DNA of 64,000 nucleotides from a bacterium. Its GTDB lineage: Bacteria > Margulisbacteria > Marinamargulisbacteria > SXXA01. The notes under the pieces are model-generated. The model saw only the letters and a program-made list of their open reading frames with translations. It searched no databases and was not told the origin of the DNA. The DNA lies in the NCBI GenBank assembly GCA_947465765.1, contig CANIAP010000003.1, positions 39,393-103,392 of the forward strand, written 5' to 3'. Positions 51,308-60,287 of the stretch are shown piece by piece (positions within the stretch are counted from its first letter, which is position 1; the number at the start of each line of letters is the position of its first letter). A program made the position numbers and the translations under genes.

Positions 51308-51456
51308 GACGACGAAAAGAACAACGGCTCACACAAGAACAATTGGCTATATTGGCCGGTGTGAGTAAGCCGACCCTCAATCGATTTGAACAGGGAGCAA
51401 TGACGATTTCGGTTGATCGGGCCGTGAAGATACTGCGGATGCTGGGGTTGGAATAA
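51256..51456 (+). CDS. XRE-family HTH regulator, putative HipB-like antitoxin downstream of the toxin
   Basis: RRKEQRLTQEQLA.LAGVSKPTLNRFEQG; overlaps hipA 3' end. Confidence 0.88.
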   Translation: MERDIRLNWQLLVEEAVRRRKEQRLTQEQLAILAGVSKPTLNRFEQGAMTISVDRAVKILRMLGLE

Positions 51457-51667
51457 GTTCCCCCCCCCCCATAAACTGGATGAGTTCCAATACATCATCC
51501 GGCTGAACCCCCGCCGATTCAAAGTCGCCCGACTGAACTAACCCTCCATTATGTTCCGCGATCAGGCCTGACGGCGTCAGGCCAAAATGAAGAACAATAT
51601 CCAGAATAGAGTTTAGTGTATCGGGTATTTCGGTCGATTTCCCATTCAACTGAATGAGTGTGGCCAC
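51377..51667 (-). CDS. thiS: ThiS-family sulfur carrier with read-through C-terminal extension
   Basis: I.LNG...AEHNG..V...DVLELIQFMGGG, then GAA where a stop is expected (51458-51460). Confidence 0.82.
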   Translation of the reverse strand: MATLIQLNGKSTEIPDTLNSILDIVLHFGLTPSGLIAEHNGGLVQSGDFESAGVQPDDVLELIQFMGGGELIPTPASAVSSRPDQPKSSLLPVQID

Positions 51668-51673
51668 GCCGGG

Positions 51674-52252
51674 TTATCGCAGCGGTTGCATGTGGGTAAA
51701 TGGCCAAAACGTAAAGAGAGCCTGACCCTCTACATTGGCCCGAGGAACAAATCCCCATACCCGACTATCGGCTGAAAATGCCCGATTATCACCCAACATA
51801 TAATAATGTCCGGGTGGAATCGGGAGGGGATCTTGGAAATCGTAGTCATATTGAATATTGACTCCAGGGAACGCAAGTTCTTTACCGTTGATATATACAA
51901 TCCCACGACGGAGTTCCACGGTTTCCCCAGGGAGTCCGATCAATCGCTTCACATATTTTTTGCTGTCGACGACCGATTTGAACACGACAATGTCGCCCCG
52001 TTCGGGATCTTTGAACCGATAGATGAAGCGATTGACGAACAATCGATCGTTGACCTTGAGTGTCGGGACCATCGAGGAGGTGGGTACGACGGAGACCATG
52101 ATGATGAAGTGGCGAATGAGCAAGGCGAATATGAGGGCAAAGGTCAGGGATTCAGTGAGTTCAACAATCCAATATTTGAGCGGGGACGCTACTTTCACTG
52201 AGGTTTTATAACGGTTCCAACGGGCCTGTAAATCACGGTATTTGGTTAACAT
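51674..52252 (-). CDS. lepB: Signal peptidase I
   Basis: SMVPTL, RGDIVVF, YVKRLIGLPG, GDNR..SADSR.WG. Confidence 0.97.
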   Translation of the reverse strand: MLTKYRDLQARWNRYKTSVKVASPLKYWIVELTESLTFALIFALLIRHFIIMVSVVPTSSMVPTLKVNDRLFVNRFIYRFKDPERGDIVVFKSVVDSKKYVKRLIGLPGETVELRRGIVYINGKELAFPGVNIQYDYDFQDPLPIPPGHYYMLGDNRAFSADSRVWGFVPRANVEGQALFTFWPFTHMQPLR

Positions 52253-52322
52253 AATGGGTTCAAATGGTACACGACGGAATTGTAATTGACCACGGGTGGG
52301 GATGGGTTTATCGTACACTTAT

Positions 52323-53321
52323 ATGAGACTTGCGGATCGATTAAACGCTTTGTCAGTGAACTTAAATGACATCAAATTAGCCGAGGCGCGGATTAGGTCT
52401 ACCCTTCCGATGACTTCAATGAAGCGGGTGCAAGGCCGCAAAAACGATCAGTGGTTGAAATGCGAATTTGAAAATACGACCCAAAGTTTTAAGGTCCGGG
52501 GCGCATTAAACGCGGTACTTCAGCTCGATCCTGACCAACGGTCACGCGGGGTACTTGCTCGATCCAGTGGTAATTTTGCTCAAGCGATTGCCTATTGTGG
52601 TCAATTGTTAGGGATCAAGATTACCGTTGTTATGCCCGAGACAGCACCGGTTACCAAATTGAACGCCACGTTGGGGTGGGGGGCTACCGTCGAACAATTT
52701 GGGCAAATTCCCCGTGAGGGAGATCAGCGTGCTCGTGAAATCCAGGCGGAGCATGGCCAAACATTAATCTCTTCTTTCGATGATTTGCGAGTGATTGCGG
52801 GGCAAGGGACCATCGGTTTGGAATTGGCTTCCCAGTTGGATGGGATCGGAACGGTCTATTGCCCGATTGGTGGCGGTGGATTGTTAGCTGGCATAGCGGT
52901 GGCCATCAAAAGCCTTCGGCCTGAGGTCCAAATCGTTGCAGTTGAACCCGAAAATGCGAATGATTTTTTCCAGTCGTGGACTCAGCAGCAGTGGGTAGAA
53001 ATTCCGTTTCCTCATTCCATTGCCGATGGCTTAAAGGTGTCGAAGGTGGGCGCTCATAATTGGGCGATATTGCAGCATTTGGTGGATCGGGTGATTACAG
53101 TGTCGGATGACGATATTCGCTGGGCGGTCGGGGATCTATGGACCAACCAATCGGTTCGTGTAGAGCCGTCGGGTGCGGTATCTTATGTAGGGATGTGTAA
53201 TGATGGCGAAACCGTCGGCCCCCAAGTGTGTATATTAAGCGGGGGTAACGTGGATCAATCCGTATTTGAAGACTGTTTGTTGGCGTATCCCAGGTTGAAC
53301 CTAGAACGGACCCCGTCATGA
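52323..53321 (+). CDS. PLP-dependent threonine/serine dehydratase (short form)
   Basis: SFKVRGA, SSGNFAQ, GQGTIG, GGGGL, EPSGA, LSGGN. Confidence 0.92.
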   Translation: MRLADRLNALSVNLNDIKLAEARIRSTLPMTSMKRVQGRKNDQWLKCEFENTTQSFKVRGALNAVLQLDPDQRSRGVLARSSGNFAQAIAYCGQLLGIKITVVMPETAPVTKLNATLGWGATVEQFGQIPREGDQRAREIQAEHGQTLISSFDDLRVIAGQGTIGLELASQLDGIGTVYCPIGGGGLLAGIAVAIKSLRPEVQIVAVEPENANDFFQSWTQQQWVEIPFPHSIADGLKVSKVGAHNWAILQHLVDRVITVSDDDIRWAVGDLWTNQSVRVEPSGAVSYVGMCNDGETVGPQVCILSGGNVDQSVFEDCLLAYPRLNLERTPS

Positions 53322-54385
53322 ATTATTTAATGCAGTGGGATGGGCGACTCCATCATTTAGGACTGCCAATTATTGTTTTTGTAGTGATTGTCGTGGTCGG
53401 TATTGTCATTGATCGCTGGGTTACCGGTCGAATTAAACGATTTGCCGCGCGAACCGGATGGGTGGGGAGCGATTCCGTCGTCACGACGTTGTCCGGTGCC
53501 ACGACGGCCCTGGCGGTTCTCATTGGAGCCGCGAATGCGGTTGCGGTGTCTCCACTATCCGGTAGCCGGATTGCATGGGTAAATACGGTCATTAGCGCGG
53601 CCAGCGTGGTTTTGATTACATGGATGGTTGAACGCGTGGTATCCGGTGTCTTGGAGGCCTATGGCAATCGGGAAGATGCGGTGGTTCCGACAACGACTAT
53701 TTTTAGTACCATCATTAAATTGACCATCTATTTAATTGGGTTATTGGTTGTTCTTCATTCCTTGGGCATATCTATTACCCCGATTATTACGGCGTTGGGA
53801 ATTGGGGGGTTGGCGGTTGCATTGGCCCTTAAGGACACGTTGTCGAACCTGTTTGCGGGGATTCAGGTCATTTTGTCCCAACAGATTACCATGGGGGATT
53901 ACGTCCAATTGGGGCCGGGGCAAGAGGGCTATATTATCGATATCACTTGGCGGAACATGACGATTCGGTCGTTATCCAATAGCATGGTGATTATACCCAA
54001 TTCGACGGTGGCTTCGGGGGTTATTACTAATTTTGGGCGAGCCAAAAAAGAACTCTCTTTTTCGATACCCATGCATGTGGGGTATGACAGTGACCTGGAT
54101 CGGATTGAAGCGCTCATTAAAGCGGTAATTAAAGGAATGCAGGCGGATTTTGCAGATAAAATGCCCGCCTGTGAACCGGGGATAAGGTATGTTGGATTTG
54201 GAGAATCCAGCATTAACGTCAATGCCGCGCTACGCGTCTATGAATTTGAATTTCAGTTTGAAATGCGTCATGAATTTATCAAGAGGATGCACCGGCTACT
54301 GGCGAAAGAAGGCATTCATATTCCCTTCCCCACCCGGGAAATTGTTCACAAAGCGGCGGCGACTGCGGATGATGGATTGGAATAG
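53318..54385 (+). CDS. mscS: Small-conductance mechanosensitive channel (MscS family)
   Basis: ALG.GGLA.ALAL.DTL.N.F.G, GD.V, IPNS, IPFP. Confidence 0.93.
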   Translation: MNYLMQWDGRLHHLGLPIIVFVVIVVVGIVIDRWVTGRIKRFAARTGWVGSDSVVTTLSGATTALAVLIGAANAVAVSPLSGSRIAWVNTVISAASVVLITWMVERVVSGVLEAYGNREDAVVPTTTIFSTIIKLTIYLIGLLVVLHSLGISITPIITALGIGGLAVALALKDTLSNLFAGIQVILSQQITMGDYVQLGPGQEGYIIDITWRNMTIRSLSNSMVIIPNSTVASGVITNFGRAKKELSFSIPMHVGYDSDLDRIEALIKAVIKGMQADFADKMPACEPGIRYVGFGESSINVNAALRVYEFEFQFEMRHEFIKRMHRLLAKEGIHIPFPTREIVHKAAATADDGLE

Positions 54386-54468
54386 TCCGGGCGAGAGACT
54401 TCAAATTCCAGTGTTTGTCCATGGTGGAAATCCTTTGCTCGATGGGGTATGCGTTATATTGTTTAAAT

Positions 54469-55245
54469 TTATAACTCATGCCGACGACGAATCTCCCAGA
54501 TCTTGATCATGAGCATCAGTGATCCCACCATGTTAAGGACCCCAACGATGACACCACGGGGTCCGTCTTTGTAGCCTTTGTGATGAAATAGCGTCTGCGT
54601 AAACATACCCAATGACCTCGAAATAATGGCCATTCCGGTGGTTTTGAACGCGACGTCGGTTTGTCGGTCTTGGGCTTCGATTGACGTGTAGTGGTTTATT
54701 TTTGAGAGGTAGACTCCCAAATCTTGGCACGTGTAATGGGTGAGATAGGACTCGCCGGTTGCCGGGAGTGACAGCACAGGGCCGGCCACTTCGATGGATT
54801 CATGGACGGATTGTTCGCCCATTTGAGAGACGGCGACTCGGCATAGGCGGAGTTGATAATCAGGGGACCAGCCGCTAAAGCGGACCCATTCTCCTAATAA
54901 TATATTGTGTCGAGGAATTCGAATGCCGTCCCATTCGGACTCCGGAATTGTGGTTGAGATCCACTCGATAAGTCCGGGAGAGGGCCGTTCGTCGGCATCG
55001 ACAAAGAATATCCAAGGGGTAGTGACCTGTGTCAGCGCAAACGCACGGACGTCTCTAAAGGTGGTGAACGGATGGGCGATGACCTGTGCGCCTGCGTTGA
55101 TTGCAATCGCGGTTGTGGCGTCCGTTGATCCGCTGTCGATCACCACTCGATGGGTAAATCTTGCACAGGACGCCAGGCACTCCGAAATCATGCCGGCTTC
55201 GTTTTTGGCCAGAATCACTATCGTTATTTGATTGAGTCCATTCAT
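54469..55245 (-). CDS. GT2 glycosyltransferase (WaaE/KdtX-like)
   Basis: AKNE, IDSGSTD, DADER, VHE, K.NHYT, GYKDG..G. Confidence 0.9.
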   Translation of the reverse strand: MNGLNQITIVILAKNEAGMISECLASCARFTHRVVIDSGSTDATTAIAINAGAQVIAHPFTTFRDVRAFALTQVTTPWIFFVDADERPSPGLIEWISTTIPESEWDGIRIPRHNILLGEWVRFSGWSPDYQLRLCRVAVSQMGEQSVHESIEVAGPVLSLPATGESYLTHYTCQDLGVYLSKINHYTSIEAQDRQTDVAFKTTGMAIISRSLGMFTQTLFHHKGYKDGPRGVIVGVLNMVGSLMLMIKIWEIRRRHEL

Positions 55246-56357
55246 AATGTGCGATTGTAATGGGCGATAATTGAATCGATAAAGGGTCGAACCGAAAATC
55301 GATCGAGGTATCGATGATACCCTCCGATGCCCATTGTATGTCGGAGGTCAGCGTCGGTGGCCAAGCGTCGAATAGCGACCGCAAGATCATCGGGAGATTT
55401 TGTGGGAACCAAAATCCCGGTTTTATCGGGGATGACGGTTTCTAAGAATCCGCCGGTGGCACTGGCGATTACAGGTTTGGCCAAGGCCATCGCTTCGGTG
55501 GCCACAAGGCCGAAGGGCTCATAGTCGGAGGGACAGATCACGATGTCGAGGCACCGAACTATGCGTGAGGGATCGGCTTGGAATCCGATAAACGTAATTC
55601 GGTCGGAGAGTCCTAATTCAATGACTTGGCGGTGAATCCCTGCTTCAAAATCGGAATGGCGACCATTGCCCCCTCCCAAAATGATTAGGTGGATCGCGAG
55701 GTTTTTAAGCTGGGACATCGCGTCGATGAGGTGGACGTGGCCCTTCCAGTCGTCAATTCGACCCGTTATTCCCACCCACAAATCGTCGGCAGAGATCGAA
55801 AATTCTGCAGCGATGTCCACTCGGGAATCGGAGGAGGGATCCGGTGTGGGGCTTCCATTATGGATTACCGTAATTGTGTTGGATTTCGCGCCTGCGGTAG
55901 TCAATGTATCCCGAATTGCCTCGGACACTGCAATGACCCGATTCCGTGGAGCGGTGACTTTAATGAGTTGAATGTCTCCGACGCGAGTATCAAAGTCGGC
56001 CCAATGAACCACCGAGGGGAGGCGGGTGACGGCGCCAAGAATTACCGGCAAATACATCCCGAAGATGGAGTTGGCATGTAGGAGTTGGGGCTTAAACCGA
56101 CGAAGGCGGGGCCATAGACGGAGGCAGTTCCATAGCACCCGGAGGATTTGACCCGATTTGAGTTCGGTTTCAGGGAATGAAATTGTTGGGATACCCATGC
56201 CCTGCAACGCATCTACAAGTGTGCCTTTGGGGGGTAGGACCACGATGCAGGCGATGCCTCGATCTTTAAGTGCCTGGCACATCACCAGTAAGTTGCGTTC
56301 TGCGCCGCCGATTTGGGCGGTCGGGTTAAAAAATGCGATTCGGGTGATCGTTGGCAT
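55242..56357 (-). CDS. GT4 (GT-B) glycosyltransferase
   Basis: GGAE, AVS, GRI..WKG, EPFGLV..EAMA. Confidence 0.92.
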   Translation of the reverse strand: MPTITRIAFFNPTAQIGGAERNLLVMCQALKDRGIACIVVLPPKGTLVDALQGMGIPTISFPETELKSGQILRVLWNCLRLWPRLRRFKPQLLHANSIFGMYLPVILGAVTRLPSVVHWADFDTRVGDIQLIKVTAPRNRVIAVSEAIRDTLTTAGAKSNTITVIHNGSPTPDPSSDSRVDIAAEFSISADDLWVGITGRIDDWKGHVHLIDAMSQLKNLAIHLIILGGGNGRHSDFEAGIHRQVIELGLSDRITFIGFQADPSRIVRCLDIVICPSDYEPFGLVATEAMALAKPVIASATGGFLETVIPDKTGILVPTKSPDDLAVAIRRLATDADLRHTMGIGGYHRYLDRFSVRPFIDSIIAHYNRTL

Positions 56358-56360
56358 AGG

Positions 56361-58073
56361 TTACCGTACCCAATTCTGAGTGGGCCGGTCGGGATAAATA
56401 TTCAGATGGTCGATAGTCGCCAATGCTATTTTCTTGAAGATGGGGATGGCGACCGTGGACCCATAGATGCTTTTACTCGGGGAATCGACAATCACGAGGA
56501 TCAGCACTTCGGGTGCGTCGGCGGGTAAAAATCCAATAAATGACGCCACGTATTTTCCTGGTTCGTAGCCAAATCCTCCCTGACGGACCTTTTGGGCGGT
56601 CCCCGTTTTTCCGCCAATCGAATACCCTTCGATTTTTGCGCCGATTCCCGTGCCGGTATTGACGGTTTCTTTCATGACACTGACCACTTCTCGGGCTGTT
56701 TTTTCGCTAATGATTTGGCCTTCACTCGTGATGGGAATCGCATGAACGGAAAGGTCTTTTTTCTGAGTAATTTGCCATACGATTCGGGGCTTTATTTTTT
56801 CGCCATGGTTGGCAATCGCCGCCACCGCTGCCGCCATTTGGATGGGGGTTACCGCGACGCCTTGGCCAAATGAAATCATCGCAATGTCGGGCTCGGTCCA
56901 ATGGGTGATACTATTTAAAATGCCCCGTGATTCGGCGGGAAGCTCCACTCCAGTACGTTTTCCAAAACCAAACTCAGTGATGTAATGGTAGAACTTTTTT
57001 TGACCGAGTTTGATGGCCAATAAGGATGTGCCTACGTTAAGGGATTTTTCAATAATTTCTCCCACCGTCCGATAGTCTGATTCTCCTTCCGAACGGCCAT
57101 GGGCTTCATGAATTGTGCGGCCCCCAATGGTGAGTGTTTGGGGGGCCATTATCACCGTTTTTGTGGTCACCAATTCTTCGTTTAATATTCCTGCCAGGGT
57201 GACCAATTTAAACACCGATCCCGGTTCGTAGACGTCGGTGATCGTGCTGTTTTTCCGATAGGTATCGGTGCTATCCCTCCATGTATTACTGTCGAATTCC
57301 GGGTAGTCAGCCATAGCCAAAATGTCCCCGGTTTTGGGATTCATAATGATGACTTGTCCCCCTTCACCCCCGTTTTCGATGACCCCTTCTCGGAGATATT
57401 TTTGGCAGATATATTGGAGGTAAATATCAATTGTTGTTGTGATGTTGGCGCCTTGAGCTGGCTCCCGAGTTTCTTTTTTTCCGCTCGCCAGTCGGTATCC
57501 CCTCGGGTCCCCTTCTAATGAAATTCGTCCTGGGTTTCCCTGAAGCATCCGGTCAAATTTATATTCCAGCCCACCGAGCCCTTGGTTATCGATGCCGACA
57601 AACCCCAATACATGGGATAGGAGCTGATTTTGAGGATATACCCGCAAGTCTTCTTGGACAAAATTGAGACCTTTTATATTGAGCGTTGCCAGTTGTTCAT
57701 ACATCCGATTTTCGAGTTTCCGTTTTACCCAAATGAACGCGCCATTGTTATTAACGAGATGAAATACGGTGTTGTAATGCTGCCCTGTGATGTTGGATAC
57801 CGCGCGGGCGAATTCCGCTTTGTCGTCGACTTGGGTGGGAATGGCATACGCTGAATATACGGGATTTGAAAATGCGAGTGGGGTACCATTTCGGTCGTAG
57901 ATTTCCCCCCGGTCGGGGTAAATAATAAAGACTTTGTTGACCTGGCTTCGTGATTTGGAGACATAGAAATCGTGCTCAAATACCTGCAGGAACAGAAGTC
58001 GGATCACCAACACGCCAACGAACGCAAATAGGAAAAGTTGTATTGACCTAAGGCGAGGTGTGATTGAAAACAT
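56361..58073 (-). CDS. ftsI: Class B penicillin-binding protein (FtsI/PBP3)
   Basis: RGEIYDRNG, EPGSVFK, SLN, GKTGTAQK; downstream of an ftsL-like gene. Confidence 0.9.
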   Translation of the reverse strand: MFSITPRLRSIQLFLFAFVGVLVIRLLFLQVFEHDFYVSKSRSQVNKVFIIYPDRGEIYDRNGTPLAFSNPVYSAYAIPTQVDDKAEFARAVSNITGQHYNTVFHLVNNNGAFIWVKRKLENRMYEQLATLNIKGLNFVQEDLRVYPQNQLLSHVLGFVGIDNQGLGGLEYKFDRMLQGNPGRISLEGDPRGYRLASGKKETREPAQGANITTTIDIYLQYICQKYLREGVIENGGEGGQVIIMNPKTGDILAMADYPEFDSNTWRDSTDTYRKNSTITDVYEPGSVFKLVTLAGILNEELVTTKTVIMAPQTLTIGGRTIHEAHGRSEGESDYRTVGEIIEKSLNVGTSLLAIKLGQKKFYHYITEFGFGKRTGVELPAESRGILNSITHWTEPDIAMISFGQGVAVTPIQMAAAVAAIANHGEKIKPRIVWQITQKKDLSVHAIPITSEGQIISEKTAREVVSVMKETVNTGTGIGAKIEGYSIGGKTGTAQKVRQGGFGYEPGKYVASFIGFLPADAPEVLILVIVDSPSKSIYGSTVAIPIFKKIALATIDHLNIYPDRPTQNWVR

Positions 58074-58356
58074 TGGGTTTATCTTTTTCCTGGATGTATT
58101 GGATTGGGTCAGGAGGGTGCATCGAGAGACGTTCCGTTGCAATTTGGTCGACGATCTCGAGGCGAGTGGTGGTCAATAATTTGAGTTTTAAATGCTGGTT
58201 TTCGTTTCGTAACACTTTGACTCGCATTGACAGTTTTTGGATGTTTTCGTTGACGGGGATGATTTGAATGTTGATCGCAAGCCCAATAACCGCGAGGACC
58301 GCAGTTGCGGTGTAGATTGTGACATAAAATCGAAAGCGGGTTCGGTGAATAGTCAT
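58048..58356 (-). CDS. ftsL: FtsL-like cell division protein
   Basis: Single TM helix, coiled coil, A.ERL.M..P; directly upstream of ftsI. Confidence 0.7.
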   Translation of the reverse strand: MTIHRTRFRFYVTIYTATAVLAVIGLAINIQIIPVNENIQKLSMRVKVLRNENQHLKLKLLTTTRLEIVDQIATERLSMHPPDPIQYIQEKDKPNVFNHTSP

Positions 58357-59534
58357 AGAGGTGTCAGTGTAGCAAACAAGGGACGCAGTGTGGCAATAAA
58401 GTAGAGCGACCCTGTGATGAGACTATCTCCATCCCACTCGGGCAGTGAGTCCGTAGTGGAGTGCTCCGTCACTGGGATCTGGGTAAGTACTCGATAATCG
58501 TCCGGGGTGTACCATCGGTTTGGGTCGGGGCAATAGACACGAAGGGTGTGTATTGAGCGAGGTAGCGTTGCCAGGCTATCGGCGAGGGCCTTGGTGCGTA
58601 ACATGCCCATCCACAGGGTCCTGGGGTTGGGTAAGGTTGTAAATAGCGCGGCCAATCCATGAGAATTATGCGCTCCGTCGATGGTAACGGTGGAAGTTCC
58701 TAATCGATATTGGGTGAATCGTCCCCAGATAAATGCGTCAGAAAGGCCCTGGGCGATTCCCGATTTTGATTGGTCCATTTGAGACAAAATAGTGGTAACG
58801 GCGGCTTCAGCGACCGCTGCATTTTGGCGTTGATAGTCGGCCTTGAGGCGGAATCCTTGGGGGATCGACGTCCATGGTGTGACATAGGTAACGGGGCTAT
58901 GGAGCGGTGCGGCGATGGCGTCGATGACGTCGCTTACGGCGGGGGGTTGTTGGGCGGATATCACCGGGATTCCAACCTTAATAATACCGGCTTTTTCGGT
59001 GGCTATGTGCCTCAGATCAGGCCCAAGAATATCCTGATGATCTAAGCCAATGGGAGTAATGACGGTGAGTGCCGGTTGAACCACGTTGGTGGCATCGAGT
59101 CGGCCCCCTAGGCCCGTTTCGATCACCAATATATCCGGGAGGGTGGTGGCAAAATAGCGAAAGGCCATGAGTGTCAGAAGCTCAAATTCCGATGATATAT
59201 CGGCAGGGGACGCCGCCATTGCCAGTTGGAGGTATCGGCAAAAGTCATCCTCTGAAATGGGCATCCCATTGATTGCAATTCGCTCGCAGTAGGACAAAAG
59301 ATGCGGAGAGGTGAATGTTCCAACCCTTAATCCGCAGGCCTGGAGTGCCGACGCGATCAATGTGGTCGTTGAGCCTTTTCCGTTGGTCCCCGCGACATGA
59401 ATAACTGGGGGGAGCGCCCGGTGGGGATTGCCCAGCGTCGCTAACGGTGCAGACAGGCTGTCGAGGGAGTAATGGATCCCCCTGCGCGCCACGGCCTGGT
59501 GTAGACTTTCGATCGCCTCGGAATAGGACCTCAC
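58353..59534 (-). CDS. folC: Folylpolyglutamate/dihydrofolate synthase
   Basis: HVAGTNGKGS, FTSPHL, ETGLGGRLDATN, DGAHN, TGSLY. Confidence 0.96.
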   Translation of the reverse strand: MRSYSEAIESLHQAVARRGIHYSLDSLSAPLATLGNPHRALPPVIHVAGTNGKGSTTTLIASALQACGLRVGTFTSPHLLSYCERIAINGMPISEDDFCRYLQLAMAASPADISSEFELLTLMAFRYFATTLPDILVIETGLGGRLDATNVVQPALTVITPIGLDHQDILGPDLRHIATEKAGIIKVGIPVISAQQPPAVSDVIDAIAAPLHSPVTYVTPWTSIPQGFRLKADYQRQNAAVAEAAVTTILSQMDQSKSGIAQGLSDAFIWGRFTQYRLGTSTVTIDGAHNSHGLAALFTTLPNPRTLWMGMLRTKALADSLATLPRSIHTLRVYCPDPNRWYTPDDYRVLTQIPVTEHSTTDSLPEWDGDSLITGSLYFIATLRPLFATLTPL

Positions 59535-60283
59535 ATCAAGATAGCGCCACCGTCTGCGATAATGAGCTGGCCAATAATCATATTGGCTTGGCCGGATACT
59601 AAAAACGCGACGATGTCGGCGACCTCGTCAGGTCGGATAAGCCGTCCCATCGGTGTTTGTGCCGTGACGGATTCAATCGACTCGGCGGCACCAGGGACCG
59701 CGAGAAGTGACTTGGTCGGCGATAGTCCGGGCATGACTCCGTTGACGATGATTCCGCGTGGGGCGAGTTCCACCGCCAACGACTTGGTTAATGCATCCAC
59801 GGCACCCTTCGCCGGTCCGACCACCCCATATCCCGGCAATATACGAAGATGCCCGTAACTGGTGACCACCGTAAGATGGCCTCCGTCACTCATCATGGGA
59901 GCGCAGTGGAGGGCAAGTAATAATAATGACTTTGCTGTGGCGTTCATCGTAATGTCCCAGTATTTGGGCTTGGCAGCCATTATCGACCCCGGAATCCCGA
60001 ATGAGGCGTTGGCGATGACGATATCCAATCGAGGGAATTGGGCTTGGATTTGGGTCATCATGGCGGCGACTTTATCCTCGTCGCCCATATCGGCCCGGAT
60101 AGCGACGGCCGTTCCCCCCATTTTTTCGATTTCAGCGACGACGTCCTTGGCCTCCGTCATGCTGCGGCGATAGTTCACGATGATCGTGGCTCCTTCCGCC
60201 GCCAACCGCAATGCGATGGCCTTCCCGAATCCTCGGGTGGCGCCGGTAATTAGTGCTATTTTTCCGTTAATTTGGGGATACAT
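59531..60283 (-). CDS. fabL: SDR enoyl-ACP reductase, FabL-like
   Basis: TGATRGFG; Y-x6-K motif YGVVGPAK typical of enoyl-ACP reductases. Confidence 0.7.
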   Translation of the reverse strand: MYPQINGKIALITGATRGFGKAIALRLAAEGATIIVNYRRSMTEAKDVVAEIEKMGGTAVAIRADMGDEDKVAAMMTQIQAQFPRLDIVIANASFGIPGSIMAAKPKYWDITMNATAKSLLLLALHCAPMMSDGGHLTVVTSYGHLRILPGYGVVGPAKGAVDALTKSLAVELAPRGIIVNGVMPGLSPTKSLLAVPGAAESIESVTAQTPMGRLIRPDEVADIVAFLVSGQANMIIGQLIIADGGAILM

Positions 60284-60287
60284 TCGG

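Noticed and set aside
50206-51646. ATTTCCCATT at 50206-50215 and 51637-51646 as possible hipA target duplication
   Set aside because: Only 10 bp, and the second copy lies deep inside thiS coding sequence rather than at the module boundary
54386-54468. TTCAAATTCC resembling a tRNA T-loop between mscS and the GT2 gene
   Set aside because: No acceptor, D or anticodon stems can be built
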